NCBI RefSeq assembly: GCF_963921235.1
Contig: NC_086098.1
Location: forward strand, 236,034,001-236,098,000
Length of the DNA stretch: 64,000 nucleotides
Direction of reading: 5' to 3'
Source of the DNA: Mobula hypostoma
Taxonomy: Eukaryota
Both the position numbers and the translations under genes were made by a program. The notes under the pieces are model-generated. The model searched no databases, had not been told where the DNA came from, and was given only the letters and a program-made list of their open reading frames with translations. This document shows, one piece after another, positions 1 to 10,759 of the stretch; position 1 is the first letter of the stretch, and the number at the start of each line of letters is the position of its first letter.

Positions 1-1255
1 TACCAAGCAGAAGCAGAAAAAGCATTGTTGTGATGTTGTCATGACAGAGTTTTTAAATCTGTTTACCCTGTCCACACTACAACACGCAACAATCGTTTTC
101 AAATTTACACACTCTGGGGAGTGTTTTAGAAAAGCTCTCCGTTTTCAGGGGATGAAAACACCATTTCAATGTGGACAGAGGGTCAAAACGAAGAGAAAAA
201 GCTTCGTTTTCAAAATGATCCAGCGTAGTGTGGACGTAGATAATTTTGAAAACGCCAGTTTTGAGTAAAAACAACAGGCGTCCACACCAAGCGTTTTTCA
301 AAATATCTCCATCCACATTAGAACGGATATTTGGGCAAATCTCCTCCTACTGGGCATGCGCAGGGCACAGAAAACAAGTGAAGAGGAAACAGTACACTTG
401 GTGAGCATTTGTCCAGTTATCGACTAGAAAAACTTCAAAGAAATTGCTGTTGGCTCTCACGCAGGAGGACTTAAAACTAAAACACAAATACTGGAGCGTA
501 TGGAGGCAATCGACAGGAAGTTCACCGACAGTATGACTCGGCTGACGACGAACATTGAAAAACTGACTAACTCTGTTGCATTAATAAAGCACCTTGTTAA
601 ATGTATAAAACATGTCTGCATTAGTGTTATCTTGTATTTCCATACAATGTTACATTAGGCTGTTACACATCTATTGTCAAAGTACTTGCATAAATAGGTA
701 AACCACCTTCATACAAGCAAGGACAGAAAACTGGGTAAAGTGAGTATAGTTATTTATTCAGTAAGCTATGGGTCAAAGTATTTGGTGAGTACATTTCTAA
801 CTCTTCTGGCTTCAGTCTCGTTGCTGTCTGTTCTGAAATTGTTAGGTTGTGTAGGGGGTTGTGTTCAATAATGAAATGCCGCGCTGTTGCCATCTGTTCC
901 GGCACGTCATGACAGCATTTTTAAATAGTCAAAAAAGCTCACTTTACAATTTAACTCTCACGCTGTTCACACCGACTGCGTGTTATAACAGCCGTACGGC
1001 AGTGCTTGCGCAGTACCAAGCAGAAGCAGAAAAAGCATTGTTGTTCTGGTGTTGTCATGACAGCGTTTTTAAATCGCTCCGTTTACCCTGTCCACACTAC
1101 AACACGCAACAACCATTTTCAAATTTACACATTCTGGAGAGTGTTTTAGAAAAGCTCCATTTTCGGAGGATGAAAATGCCGTTTCAATGTGGACAGAGGG
1201 TCAAAACGAAGAGAAAAAGCTTAGTTTTCAAAATTATCCGGTGTAGTGTGGACCT
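1..1255. mobile_element. Non-autonomous PIF/Harbinger-like DNA transposon, two copies head-to-tail (3' part of one copy at 1-237 fused to a near-complete copy at 239-1255)
   Basis: 1-237 is a diverged direct repeat of ~1014-1253. GATAATTTTGAAAAC at 239-253 is the reverse complement of part of the right terminus (GTTTTCAAAATTATCCGGTGTAGTGTGGACC), which is followed by TAA, a Harbinger-type target trinucleotide. No transposase ORF. Confidence 0.6.
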
Positions 1256-1699
1256 AAGTTTTGCTCTATTTGAGTAGCTGGAATGTCTATTGATCTGATT
1301 ATTCTTTTGCATTGAGATGTTAAAGGATCAATTTGTCCTGCTGACATGCAAGAAATTAGATGCTAAGCTTCCTTGTCTCACATGCAGGAAGCAATTATAC
1401 TCTGTTTACCTCTGCTTTTCTTTGTCAAGTATGATTATCTCTGTTTTAGGTGATTAAGTGGCCTTTGTCTCGGACTATCACTGTTGTTGAGAATTGGACA
1501 ATTGGGGTAGCAAAATTTTGTTTTCTGCATACATGACAAAGATGGATTAAAAAATCTCTGTGCTTAGGCAGAGAGACTTCCATGGATAACTGAGTGCAGA
1601 AGGAAAGTTCTCTCTCACAGCTTGCTACTAATAAAGGTGGAAAAGAATCAACTGTGGTACTTTTTCATTACATCCGGTTGATCACCGTTGACAATTCAG

Positions 1700-3330
1700 G
1701 CCATTGATTCTACTCTGCCATGCCATCATTGTTAATTTATTCCTCCTCTCTCAACCCCATTCTCCTGCCTTCTCCCCATAATCTTTGACACCTTAATAAT
1801 CAAATATCTATCAACCCTGGCTTTAAATATATCGAAGCAACACACACAAAAATTTCTGGTGAACGCAGCAGGCCAGGCAGCATCTATAGGAAGAGGTACA
1901 ATTGAGGTTTTGAGCCGAGACCCTTCGTCACACCAGAAATTTTTATGTGTGTTGCTTGAATTTCCAGCAACTGCAGATTTCCTCATGTTTGCATTTAAAT
2001 ATATCCAATGGCTTTGCCTCCACAGCCACCTGTGGCAATGAATTTCACAGATTCACCAACCCCTCTGGCTAAAGAAATTCCTCCTCATCTTTGTTCTCAA
2101 GGGACATCCTTCTATTCTGAGGCTGAGCCCTCTGGCCCTAGACTCATCCACCATAGGAAACATCCTCTCCATATCCACTTTCTGGGCTTTTCAACATTCA
2201 GTAGGTTTCAATAAGATCTTCCTCATTCTTCCAAGCTTAGACCAGAGACATCAAATGCTCCTCATACATCAGTCAACACTTCCATTCCCAGGAACATTCT
2301 CAAGAGCCTCCTCTGGGCAGTCTCCAACACCAGCAAAGCTTTTCTCAGAAAAGTATTGAGGATTTTTCAGCCCAATACTCCCAAGTTCTGCTTGACCAAT
2401 ACCTTATAAAGCCTCAGCATTACATCCTCTCTAGTCCTCTCAAAATGAATGCTAACATTGCATTTGCCTCCTTACCACCAACTCAACCTGCAAGTTAACT
2501 TTTAGGGAATCCTGCACAAGGACTCCCAAGTCCCCTTGTACCATTTTTTTCCCCACTTCAAAAATAATCTACACCTTTATTCCTTCTACCAATGTGCATG
2601 ACCATACATTTCCTCACACAATATTCCATCATCCATCTTTGACTATTCTTCTCATCTGTTTAAGTCCTTCTGCAGAAACTTTGCTTCCTCAACACTACCT
2701 GCCCTCCCACCTATCGTCGGATCATCCACAGACTTGACCACAAAGACATCACTTCCATCATCAAATCATTGACATACAATGCAAAAAGAATCTGTCCCAA
2801 CACTGACCCTGCGACAAACCACTAGTCACTGGCAACCAACCAGAAAAGGTCCCTTTTATTCCTACTCTGTGCCTTCTGCCAGTCAACCAATCTTCAATCG
2901 ATGGTGTTTTTTTTTAGTTTTTCAGGATTTAGATGAGTTGAGCTGAGATAAGTGTGGGAAGATAAACGAGGGCAGGACTTTCACAGTAAATAGCAGGGAC
3001 CTACTAGCCTAGGGGTAGAGATGCATAGTTCCCTGAAAAAGGTGTCACAAGGCACAGTAGGGAGTTCTTGGCACACTGGTCATCAGTCAGGAAAGTGGGT
3101 ATAGAAGTTGGGTGTCATGTTGCACTCATATGAGACATTGGCGAGAACACATTTAGAAACTCATGCACAGATTCAGTCACCACACTATGGGAAACGTGCC
3201 TTTACACTGGTGAGAGGGCAGAGAAGACTTACAAGGATGTTGTTTGGACTTGAATTATGGAGACAGTTGGTACTTTTCATTGGAGCAAATTAAGAGCACT
3301 CTTATAGGTGTGCAGAAAATCGTGAAGGAT
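1700..3330. mobile_element. Degraded CR1 LINE fragments (- strand ~1700-2900, + strand ~2930-3330) with a Penelope-derived MITE at ~1835-1990
   Basis: CR1 ORF2 C-terminal remnants (YETLARTHLE...QSPHY...LTRML) and the CR1 3' UTR. The MITE carries the ATGCTGCCTGGCCTGCTG motif. Confidence 0.7.
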
Positions 3331-3557
3331 CTCCCAAATTTCTCAAACCCCTGTGTCCCCTCACCCTACCCTTCCTGTTCCCAGACACTTTCAGCCTTCT
3401 CCATCCCATCTCACCCTTCCCTAGGCCCACCTCTGAGCTCAGATCCCCTCCCCACTTCAAGGAACTTTCACAGCCTTCCTCACCCCGATCACGCTCGTCC
3501 GCCTGCTGGAGTTCTCACCCCTGCCCGCTCCCCACCTGAAGACCATCACACCACCTT

Positions 3558-4109
3558 CTCTATTTCCTGAGGAGACTGAGGTCCTTTAACATCTGCCAGA
3601 CGATGCTGAGGATGTTCTACAAGTCTGTGGTGGCCAGTGCGATCACATTTGCTGTTGTGTGCTGGGGCAGCAGGCTGAGGGTAGCAGACACCAACAGAAT
3701 CAACAAACTCATTCGCAAGGCCAGTGATGTTGTGGGGATGGAACTGGACTCTCTGATGGTGGTGTCTGAAAAGAGGATGCTGTCCAAGTTGCATGCCATC
3801 TTGGACAATGTCTCCCATCCACTACATAATGTACTGGGTGGGCACAGGAGTACATTCAGCCAGATACTCATTCCACCGAGATGCAACACAGAGCGTCATA
3901 GGAATTCATTCCTGCCTGTGGCCATCAAACTTTACAACTCCTCCCTTGGAGGGTCAGACACCCTGAGCCAATAGGCTGGTCCTGGACTTATTTCCTGGCA
4001 TAATTTACATACTACTATTTATGGTTCTATTACTATTTAATTATTTATAGTGCAACTGTAATGAAAACCAATTTCCCCCGGGATCAATAAAGTACAACTA
4101 TGACTGTGA
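3558..4109 (+). mobile_element. 5'-truncated Rex1/Babar-type LINE
   Basis: Reads LYFLRRLRSFNICQTMLRMFYKSVVASAITFAVVCWG...SFLPVAIKLYN, then AATAAA and an (ATGACT)n-type tail. CTT is duplicated at 3555-3557 and 4110-4112. Confidence 0.85.
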
Positions 4110-4114
4110 CTTAC

Positions 4115-4670
4115 CCTTGACTCGGAGCCCCGGCGTCCAGCTGGCGAACTCGTCCATCCAGTTAGCCAGCAGGGAGGCGGGCATCAGTATAAGCACGCCG
4201 TGCACCAAGCGGGCGTCGAACATGCCCGAGAGGAAGGCGAGTAACTGTATCGTCTTGCCCAGGCCCATATCATCCGCCAGGATGCCGCCGCCGCGCTGTT
4301 CGGCATACAGACGATGCAGGAAGGCCACGCCGCGCCGCTGATGCGGGTGTAGCCGCTCGTAAAGCTGGCGGTAGAGGCGTAACTCGCAACCTTCCACGGG
4401 CACCCACTCGTCCTCGTCCTCACCCTCGTCGGCCTGAGCCTCCAGCGCCTCTCGCACTTTCCGTATCCGCCGCTCCAGCCGCTCACTCGGCCGCAGCAAC
4501 ATGGCCTCCGACAACAGGTCCAGAGCCGCCTGCAGATTACCCGACCGCGCCTGCTCCTTAGCCCGGGCCACGCATTTGCGGTACCGCTGCAGCTGCTTGG
4601 AGCTCAGGGTGCTGCCCGTCTGCGCCACAGAGCAGTCAAAGGCAGGCGCGTCGCCCTCCGCAACCACCAT
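4115..4670 (-). CDS. ERCC6L: ERCC6L (PICH) SNF2-family DNA translocase, first coding exon (185 codons + 1 nt); downstream exons not in the window
   Basis: N-terminal TPR-like helix (YRKCVARAKEQARSGNLQAALDLLSEA), Q motif (LYERLHPHQRRGVAFL), motif I (GGILADDMGLGKTIQ), motif Ia (LILMPASLLANWMDEFASWTPGLRVK). Consensus donor G|GTAAGT at 4115/4114. CpG-island context. Confidence 0.93.
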
Positions 4671-4900
4671 CTTTGCCTCCCGCCGCCGATTAAAAGCCGC
4701 ACAGGCTCTCGGGAAGGGGCGTGGCTTATGTACCAGCGTCCGTGAGTGACAGTTCAATTATCCAGTCAGGCTGGATCAGTTAATTACCTCAGAGCCGTGT
4801 TTAGTTTACGGTGATTGGCAGTTACCCGCAGGCTTGGTGGAACACGGCTGTCCGGGCGAGTGCGCAGTCGCATTGGCAGGGAGCGTGGCTGTATGTGGTC
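4671..4900 (-). promoter_or_regulatory. ERCC6L CpG-island promoter
   Basis: GC box GGGGCGTGGC at 4716-4725, two CCAAT boxes (ATTGG at 4814-4818 and 4872-4876) and an E2F-like GGCGGGAG just upstream of the ATG. This combination is typical of cell-cycle genes. Confidence 0.55.
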
Positions 4901-5332
4901 GCGTCAGTGAGGGAGCGGGGCTTTGCAGTGAGATGCAGGGACAGATGGGACTGAAGTCTGGCCAACACACTGAGACGAGCCATATAAACCTTGTGTCTGG
5001 ACTGGGCAAGATCCCTAGGCCGGTTGGCTACCCCAGCCGAGGAGCGGAGCCTTCCTGGGTGGTATCTTAGTGGCGGTGGGAGGCATCCTGAGGAAACTGC
5101 GTTAAATGCCAGCAGGGTCTGAGGCCCAAACCCAGTTGTCTGATGCCAACGGTCAGTAGGTCACAGGGTGGGACCAGTCGTGGTCAGCAGGTCCCAAAGG
5201 CTGAAAACTTAATCGGCTGTGATCCAACGTCCACAATGTGACATTCCCTCAGTACCGCTCCCCCCCCCCCAAAGTGTGACCTAAAGGATCCCTAAGTCCA
5301 ACGTTGAGTTCAGCAATTACTGCGCTGCTGGT

Positions 5333-5737
5333 GTGATGTTGTGGGGATTGAACTGGACTCTCTCACGGTGGTGTCTGAAAAGAGGATGCTGTCTAAGTTG
5401 CATGCCATCTTGGTCAATGTCTCCCATCCACTACATAATGTACTGGGTGGGCACAGGAGTACATTCAGCCAGAGACTCATTCCTCCAAGATGCAGCACAG
5501 AGCGTCATAGGAAGTCATTCCTGCCTGTGGCCATCAAACTTTACAACTCCTTCCTTGGAGGGTCAGACACCCTGAGCCGATAGGCTGGTCCTGGACTTAT
5601 TTCATAAACTACTGGCATAATTTACATATTACTATTTAACTATTTATGGTTCTATTACTATTTATTATTTATGGTGCAACTGTAACGTAAACCAATTTCC
5701 CCAGGGATCAATAAAGTATGACTATGACTATGACTAT
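5333..5737 (+). mobile_element. Second 5'-truncated copy of the same Rex1/Babar LINE
   Basis: Near-identical to ~3724-4109 (DVVGIELDSLTVVSEKRMLSKLHAIL...); tail AATAAAGT(ATGACT)3. Confidence 0.85.
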
Positions 5738-6271
5738 GGTGCCATACTGTATTGGTCTCTACCGTCCCTTTGGTTTCTGTCTACTGCATGGAGATGGGGA
5801 GCTTGCTACATGGGCAACAGATTGCTCTCCTTAATGGTACTGCCCTGGCTTTCGTATCACATAGACAGCCGGGACGCAACACTCATGGTCGACCCCGACC
5901 AACGGAGGGCCTCCAAAGTTCAAAATCATCCCACCCCTCCCCTCAAATATTGTAACCTACTCTCTCAGTAGTGGAATAATCATAACCCCTACCCTATCCT
6001 GTTCCTGTCGAGATCTTCCAGGTTTAAAAAAGATCATCCCTCAGTCTTTTAAACCTCAAAGAACACAGGTCTAACTTTATCTCGCTGAGATAGAATCCGA
6101 GTCACGTGTAATATCACCGGCGTATATCGTGGAATTTGTTAACTTAGCTATAGCAGTACAATGCAATGCATGATAATTAGAAAAATGCATAATTATATCA
6201 ACTACAGATAATATATGTATGTTAAAAGTTAAATTTTAAATAGTGCAAAAACAGAAATAATGTATTTTTAA

Positions 6272-6662
6272 GTAAGAGAGGAACCCTTGACGACGAAGAG
6301 TTCCATACACTGTGTCAGTACAATCGCGTGCAGTTGCAGCACGTCAGCTGGGAAAACCCCGCGCTAATTTCCCTCCTCTCAAAGTGCTGTCAGCTAATTT
6401 TAATCCCTACTCGTCAGGGGAACTACGCCATGGACAGTCCAGCCCGGCTGCGGAAGGAGGAGAGTTGAGCACAGGATTGGCTCCCGTAAAAAGAACGGTA
6501 CTACGGAAACGCTTACAGAAGCTCCAAAGTCGTCAGCCTCTTATAGAGGAAGTATCTTCGAAGGTGATTTGGGGACCACTTGAAAGTGGGTCAGAAGAGA
6601 GGAATCTGGCGAGCTGGTGTCGGCAGCCTATGTCCTGGAAAGGGTAATGTGCTTAAGTAAGT
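6272..6662 (+). mobile_element. RTE-derived non-autonomous retroelement (RTE-like 5' region plus short 3' end with TAAG tail)
   Basis: RTE-5'-UTR-like GAGTTGAGCACAGG...CCCGTAAAAAG and a 3' end TGGCGAGCTGGTGTCGGCAGCCTATGTCC...TAAGTAAG. Confidence 0.45.
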
Positions 6663-7479
6663 TCTCAGGAGACTTACAGAAGGGTCGGTTCTCAAGATTC
6701 ATTTATTACCAAAGAATGTATAAATTATACAACCTTGAGATTTGTTTGCTCACGGGTTGCCACAAGGCAAAAACAACCCGAAAGAAGCTCAATTAAAGAA
6801 AAAGATAAAAAATAAAAGACGAACGCTTGATGCGCAAGAGAAAAAGATCACAAACGAGCAAACGACAGCCATCTAAGCAAAAAAAAAGGTTGCAAGTTCA
6901 TCCCCTCTTCGGAACAGCTACTGAAGGTAGGAACTCCATAACGCTGACTAGTACCTCGTGGAATTGAAGAAATTCCGGACGATGGGGGTGAGGTGGGGGG
7001 CGTCTGTTTTCCCAAGCCTCTTCTCCTCGCCCCGTGACTGGTGGGTGCTGAAGAGAACCAGTCTGGGTCTGCTTGACGGACAGGCAGCCGAGCCAGTGAA
7101 TGAGTAGGTGGGGCTTTTAAAGGGTTGATACTCCCGTTTGCGTTCCGCGTCCCGGATTCTGAGCACACGTCTCCCCGTGGCTGGATCTCTCCAGAATAAC
7201 TGCCCCTGGGCCACCACTTCAAATCTATGCCGGTAAGACGCTCCCGCTGTGTGTCACCGACAACTTCTCCCACTCCATGATACCTTCTCCTGGAATCCTT
7301 CCGCTTCATGTGCGCTTGGATCGAGAAGCCAGTGTGTGAGAATGGTGACCTCGCGATGTAGCGGTCGCGGAATTCTCTGTCCAACGCGATCGCCTTGTAC
7401 AGAAGGGCCCCTCATGCCCAGTACTTCCAAAAAATGATTCTTCCCTTCCTAAGATTCGGCTTGGTCCGGACATTTTTGT

Positions 7480-8480
7480 AAGATTAAAGATTAGTTTATT
7501 TGTCACCTGTACATCGAAACATGCAGAGAAACGAATCGCTTTTTGAGTCAACGATCTAAACAATTCGTACTGTGCTGGGGTGGGTGAGTATCCCACAAGT
7601 GTCACCATGCTTCCGCCGACATAGCATGCCCCCACTTTACTAACCTACCAATCCAATGTGTTAGGGGTGTGGCGAATGTGCAAATGTAGGGGAGTTGTGA
7701 GTTCACGTCTCACCAAAGCCAGTATTGAACCTGGGAAAAGCCGGGGGCATTATTGCCCAGAGGTCCGTTACTTGACACTTCGGCCATTCGAGTTCGCGCT
7801 GACTATCAATGTAGCTGTAGTTCGAAGTTCGAAAAAGTAAATTTATTATTAAAGTCCCTATGTGTTGTTATATACTACATTGAGATGAATTTCCTTGCGG
7901 ACATTTACAGGGAAAAAATAAATACGATAGAATGTATGACAAACTGTACATTAACAGGCAAAGACTAACAGACTATGTCCGAGAGAAGACAAAATATACA
8001 AATACTGAGCACAACGCGAGTTGTAAAGAATCCTTGAACGTGAGTCTATAGGTTGTAGAATCAGCTCAGAGCAGCGGTGATCGAAGTCATCCATGCCGGT
8101 TAGCGGGCCTGATGGTTGTAGGGTAATAACTGTTCCTAACGCTAACGGTTTGGGCCTTGATGCTCTGTACCTCTTGCCTGATGGTGGTAATGAGAAAGAG
8201 AGCATGGCTTGGATGGTGGGAGTCCTTTATGATGGATGTTGCTTTCCTGTAGCAGCGCTCATGTGAATGTACTCGATGATAGGGAAGGCTTGATGGAATG
8301 GGAAGCATGCACCACTTCCTGGAGAGTTTTGTTTTTCGATCCCGGGCAATGTTATTTCCATATCAGGCCGTGATGTATCTAGTGAGGGCACTATCCAGTG
8401 TGCGCCTATAAAAATTGTCAAAGGCTTTGGTCACCTGCCGCAAATACTGAAAAGGTGCTGTTGTGCTTCTTTATGACAAC
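7480..8480 (-). mobile_element. Degraded Rex/Babar LINE 3' fragments
   Basis: RCYRKATSIIKDSHHPSHALF...PSGKRYR...RNSYYPTTIR remnants on the - strand. Confidence 0.7.
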
Positions 8481-9754
8481 ACCTCCTGGTCCCAGGAGTA
8501 GAGTAACACACACACAAAATGCTGGAGGAACTCAGCAGATCGGGCAGCATCTATGGAAAGGAATACACAGAAGACGTCTTGGGACTCTTTGACAGTAACC
8601 AGATCTGCGACAAAAGAGATTCTGCAGATGCTGAATCTCTTGTGTTTATTGATTGATGGAGGAACTCAACGGGTCAGGCAGCATCTATAGAGAGGGGTTT
8701 GGCCCAAAATATTGACCGTTCATTTCCACCCCCATAGATGCTGCCTGACCTGCGGAGTTCCTCCGGTGTTTTACATGCTAACTAGACCCATGCTTTCCTG
8801 GAATTCCCAAATGGTTCCGATTAAGTATATTTGACGGTGTCTGTCTTGTTTCCGACAGCGGCTATCAGGATGGCGGCGCGGAGATCGTCAAACAGAGCTC
8901 CTCGGGTAGGCTGTACCTGTCACATGTCCACTGTGGCCTTTGCTCTTTGTCTGTGAAACAATGGTTGTGCGCAGAAACAAGAGGGAGGAAGGGGCGGAGA
9001 GGAATAGGGGGAATCTCAGGATTCGCATTATCAGAAGCGGTTTATTATCACTGTCATGAAATTTGTTTTGCGGCAGCAGTTCTGTGCAATACATAAAATA
9101 CTATAAATTACAATAAGATATATGTTTAGTAATTTATAAAGCACCGCCAGTTTTCAGAAGTGGGAGAATGGAATGGATTTAAAAATAAAATTATCATCCA
9201 GGTACACATGTGTCACCATAAACAACCCTGGGATTCATTAATTATCGAGAACTTGAGATGAAGAGTCCTTGAAAGTGTATCCATTGTGTGGGGGTATTTC
9301 AATGATGGGACAAGTGAAGTTAGTGATGTGATCTCCTTTGTTCAAGAGCCTGATGGTTGAGGGGTAGTAACTGTTCCTCAACCCGATATGGATGAGATGA
9401 TGGAAGAAGTGGATAAGGGGCACGAGAAGGAGGGATGGTGATGAAGGGAATGAAAGCAGAGGAGAGGGACGGAAGAGAGAGTTGGGATAAAAGAGACAGA
9501 AAAGATGGGAGTGGGAAAGGGCGTAGTGAAGGAGGGGAGAGAAAATAGCGGAGGGACAGAGACGTTCGGTAAGGGTATGGCGGAGAGGAGGGAAGTGAGG
9601 GGGCGGTGAAAGATGAGAAAGAGGGAGGAGCGGTATTGTGGGGATGGTAGTGAGGAGAGCGAGAGGAAGGGAGGAGTGTGTGGAGTGTGGAAGAGGCAGA
9701 GGGAAAGATAACTGATAGAGGTAGAAGTGAAAGGTTAGAGAGGTGGGAGACGAC

Positions 9755-9985
9755 CGGCACGGTAGCATGGCGTTTAGCGCAACGCCATTACAGCGCCAGT
9801 GACCCGGGTTCACATCCCGCCGCTGTCTGTCAGGAGTCTGTACTTTCGCGTGGGTTTCTTCCGGGTGCTTCGGTTTCCTCACACATCCCAAAGGTGTACG
9901 AGACAGTAAGTTATTTGGCCACATGGGTGTAACTGGGCAGCGCGGGCTAGTTTGGCTAGTAGTTACCACGCTGGGTCTCTAAATA
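9755..9985 (+). mobile_element. tRNA-headed V-SINE-like element (related copies at ~40160-40340 on -, ~41370-41600, ~50760-51320, ~51900-52270)
   Basis: Pol III A/B-box-like head (GGTAGCATGG...GGTTCACATCC) and V-domain-like core GCGTGGGTTTCTTCCGGGTGCTTCGGTTTCCTC. Confidence 0.65.
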
Positions 9986-10219
9986 AACAGAGGGATGGAC
10001 GGAGGGCGTAAAATGGCATAAGTACCACCGACGCGTGTAATGCCGGGAGGGAGTGGATTCTGGAGGGTGAGGAGAGGGAGAGGGAATGGGAATGAGAGAA
10101 TCAGCCGGCACCAGAGGCAGCAGGAGGACGTGGAGCTGAAGTGATGGGAAAAGCAGCTTCCCTGAGGCCGTAATGGAAGCCGCTTTAAATCCGGCGCCCG
10201 CCGGAGCGCGGAGCATGCG

Positions 10220-10252
10220 ATGACACCGAGCGCTGAGTGCGGATGGCGGTCG
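10220..10252 (+). CDS. plin6: Perilipin (PLIN6-like) exon 1, MTPSAECGWRS
   Basis: ATG with a phase-0 donor G|GTGGGT, then a 73-nt intron ending in a pyrimidine tract and CAG at 10325. TATA-like TTTAAAT at 10184-10190. Assignment rests on splice logic only. Confidence 0.55.
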
Positions 10253-10325
10253 GTGGGTTATTCTTAATAACCCTAGGTTCTATGTGTCCCCTCTACCTCT
10301 CCCACATTCCCACCCCGCCCTCCAG

Positions 10326-10524
10326 ACCAGTGTCGTCCGTCGCTTCGGGGAACTCCCGCTGGTCAGCTCCAGCACGCAGCTGGCGGTGGCCACCTATTCG
10401 GACATGAAGCGGAGCTTCTGGCTGACTCGTTCCGTGTGTGGCCTGGTGGAGGGCAGTGTCAGGCTGGCGGCGCGCCTGACGGCCAAGGGCATTCAACCGG
10501 TACTGGAGAGCTTCGAATCTCAAA
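10326..10524 (+). CDS. plin6: Perilipin (PLIN6-like) exon 2, PAT domain
   Basis: TSVVRRFGELPLVSSSTQLAVATYSDMKRSFWLTRSVCGLVEGSVRLAARLTAKGIQPVLESFESQ matches the PAT signature (V.RV..LPLVSS...Y...K...SVC..AE.GV.....P....LEPQI). 199 nt, CAG acceptor, phase-1 GTGAGC donor. Confidence 0.9.
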
Positions 10525-10759
10525 GTGAGCGGGGTGCGGGGGTTCGGGAACGGTACAGGACCAATGCCCGGCGCGGGTGGTCTGTACAATCTCTTTACGA
10601 TGTAGCAGAGAAAGTGCTGCATATCTGTGGCGCCTGTCACGTCCCTTTCACGTAGCCCCAGAATAAATGAGCGCTCTACAAGTCCTCCTCACACCTCTCC
10701 CTCCATTTCTGTCCCCCTTTCCCCTCTCCCTCTAACCTATCCTCTTCCTCATTGCTCTA

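Noticed and set aside
3330-3557. Continuation of ERCC6L coding sequence beyond the LINE
   Set aside because: The - strand gives an early stop and nothing like the expected FHG...ITTY segment; it looks like G-rich intron.
9238-9969. 243-aa Pro/Ser/Leu-rich ORF, and similar ORFs at 21026-21751, 24547-25116, 30404-31000, 33765-34277 and 38866-39339
   Set aside because: Translations of purine/pyrimidine-skewed low-complexity tracts and repeat fragments.
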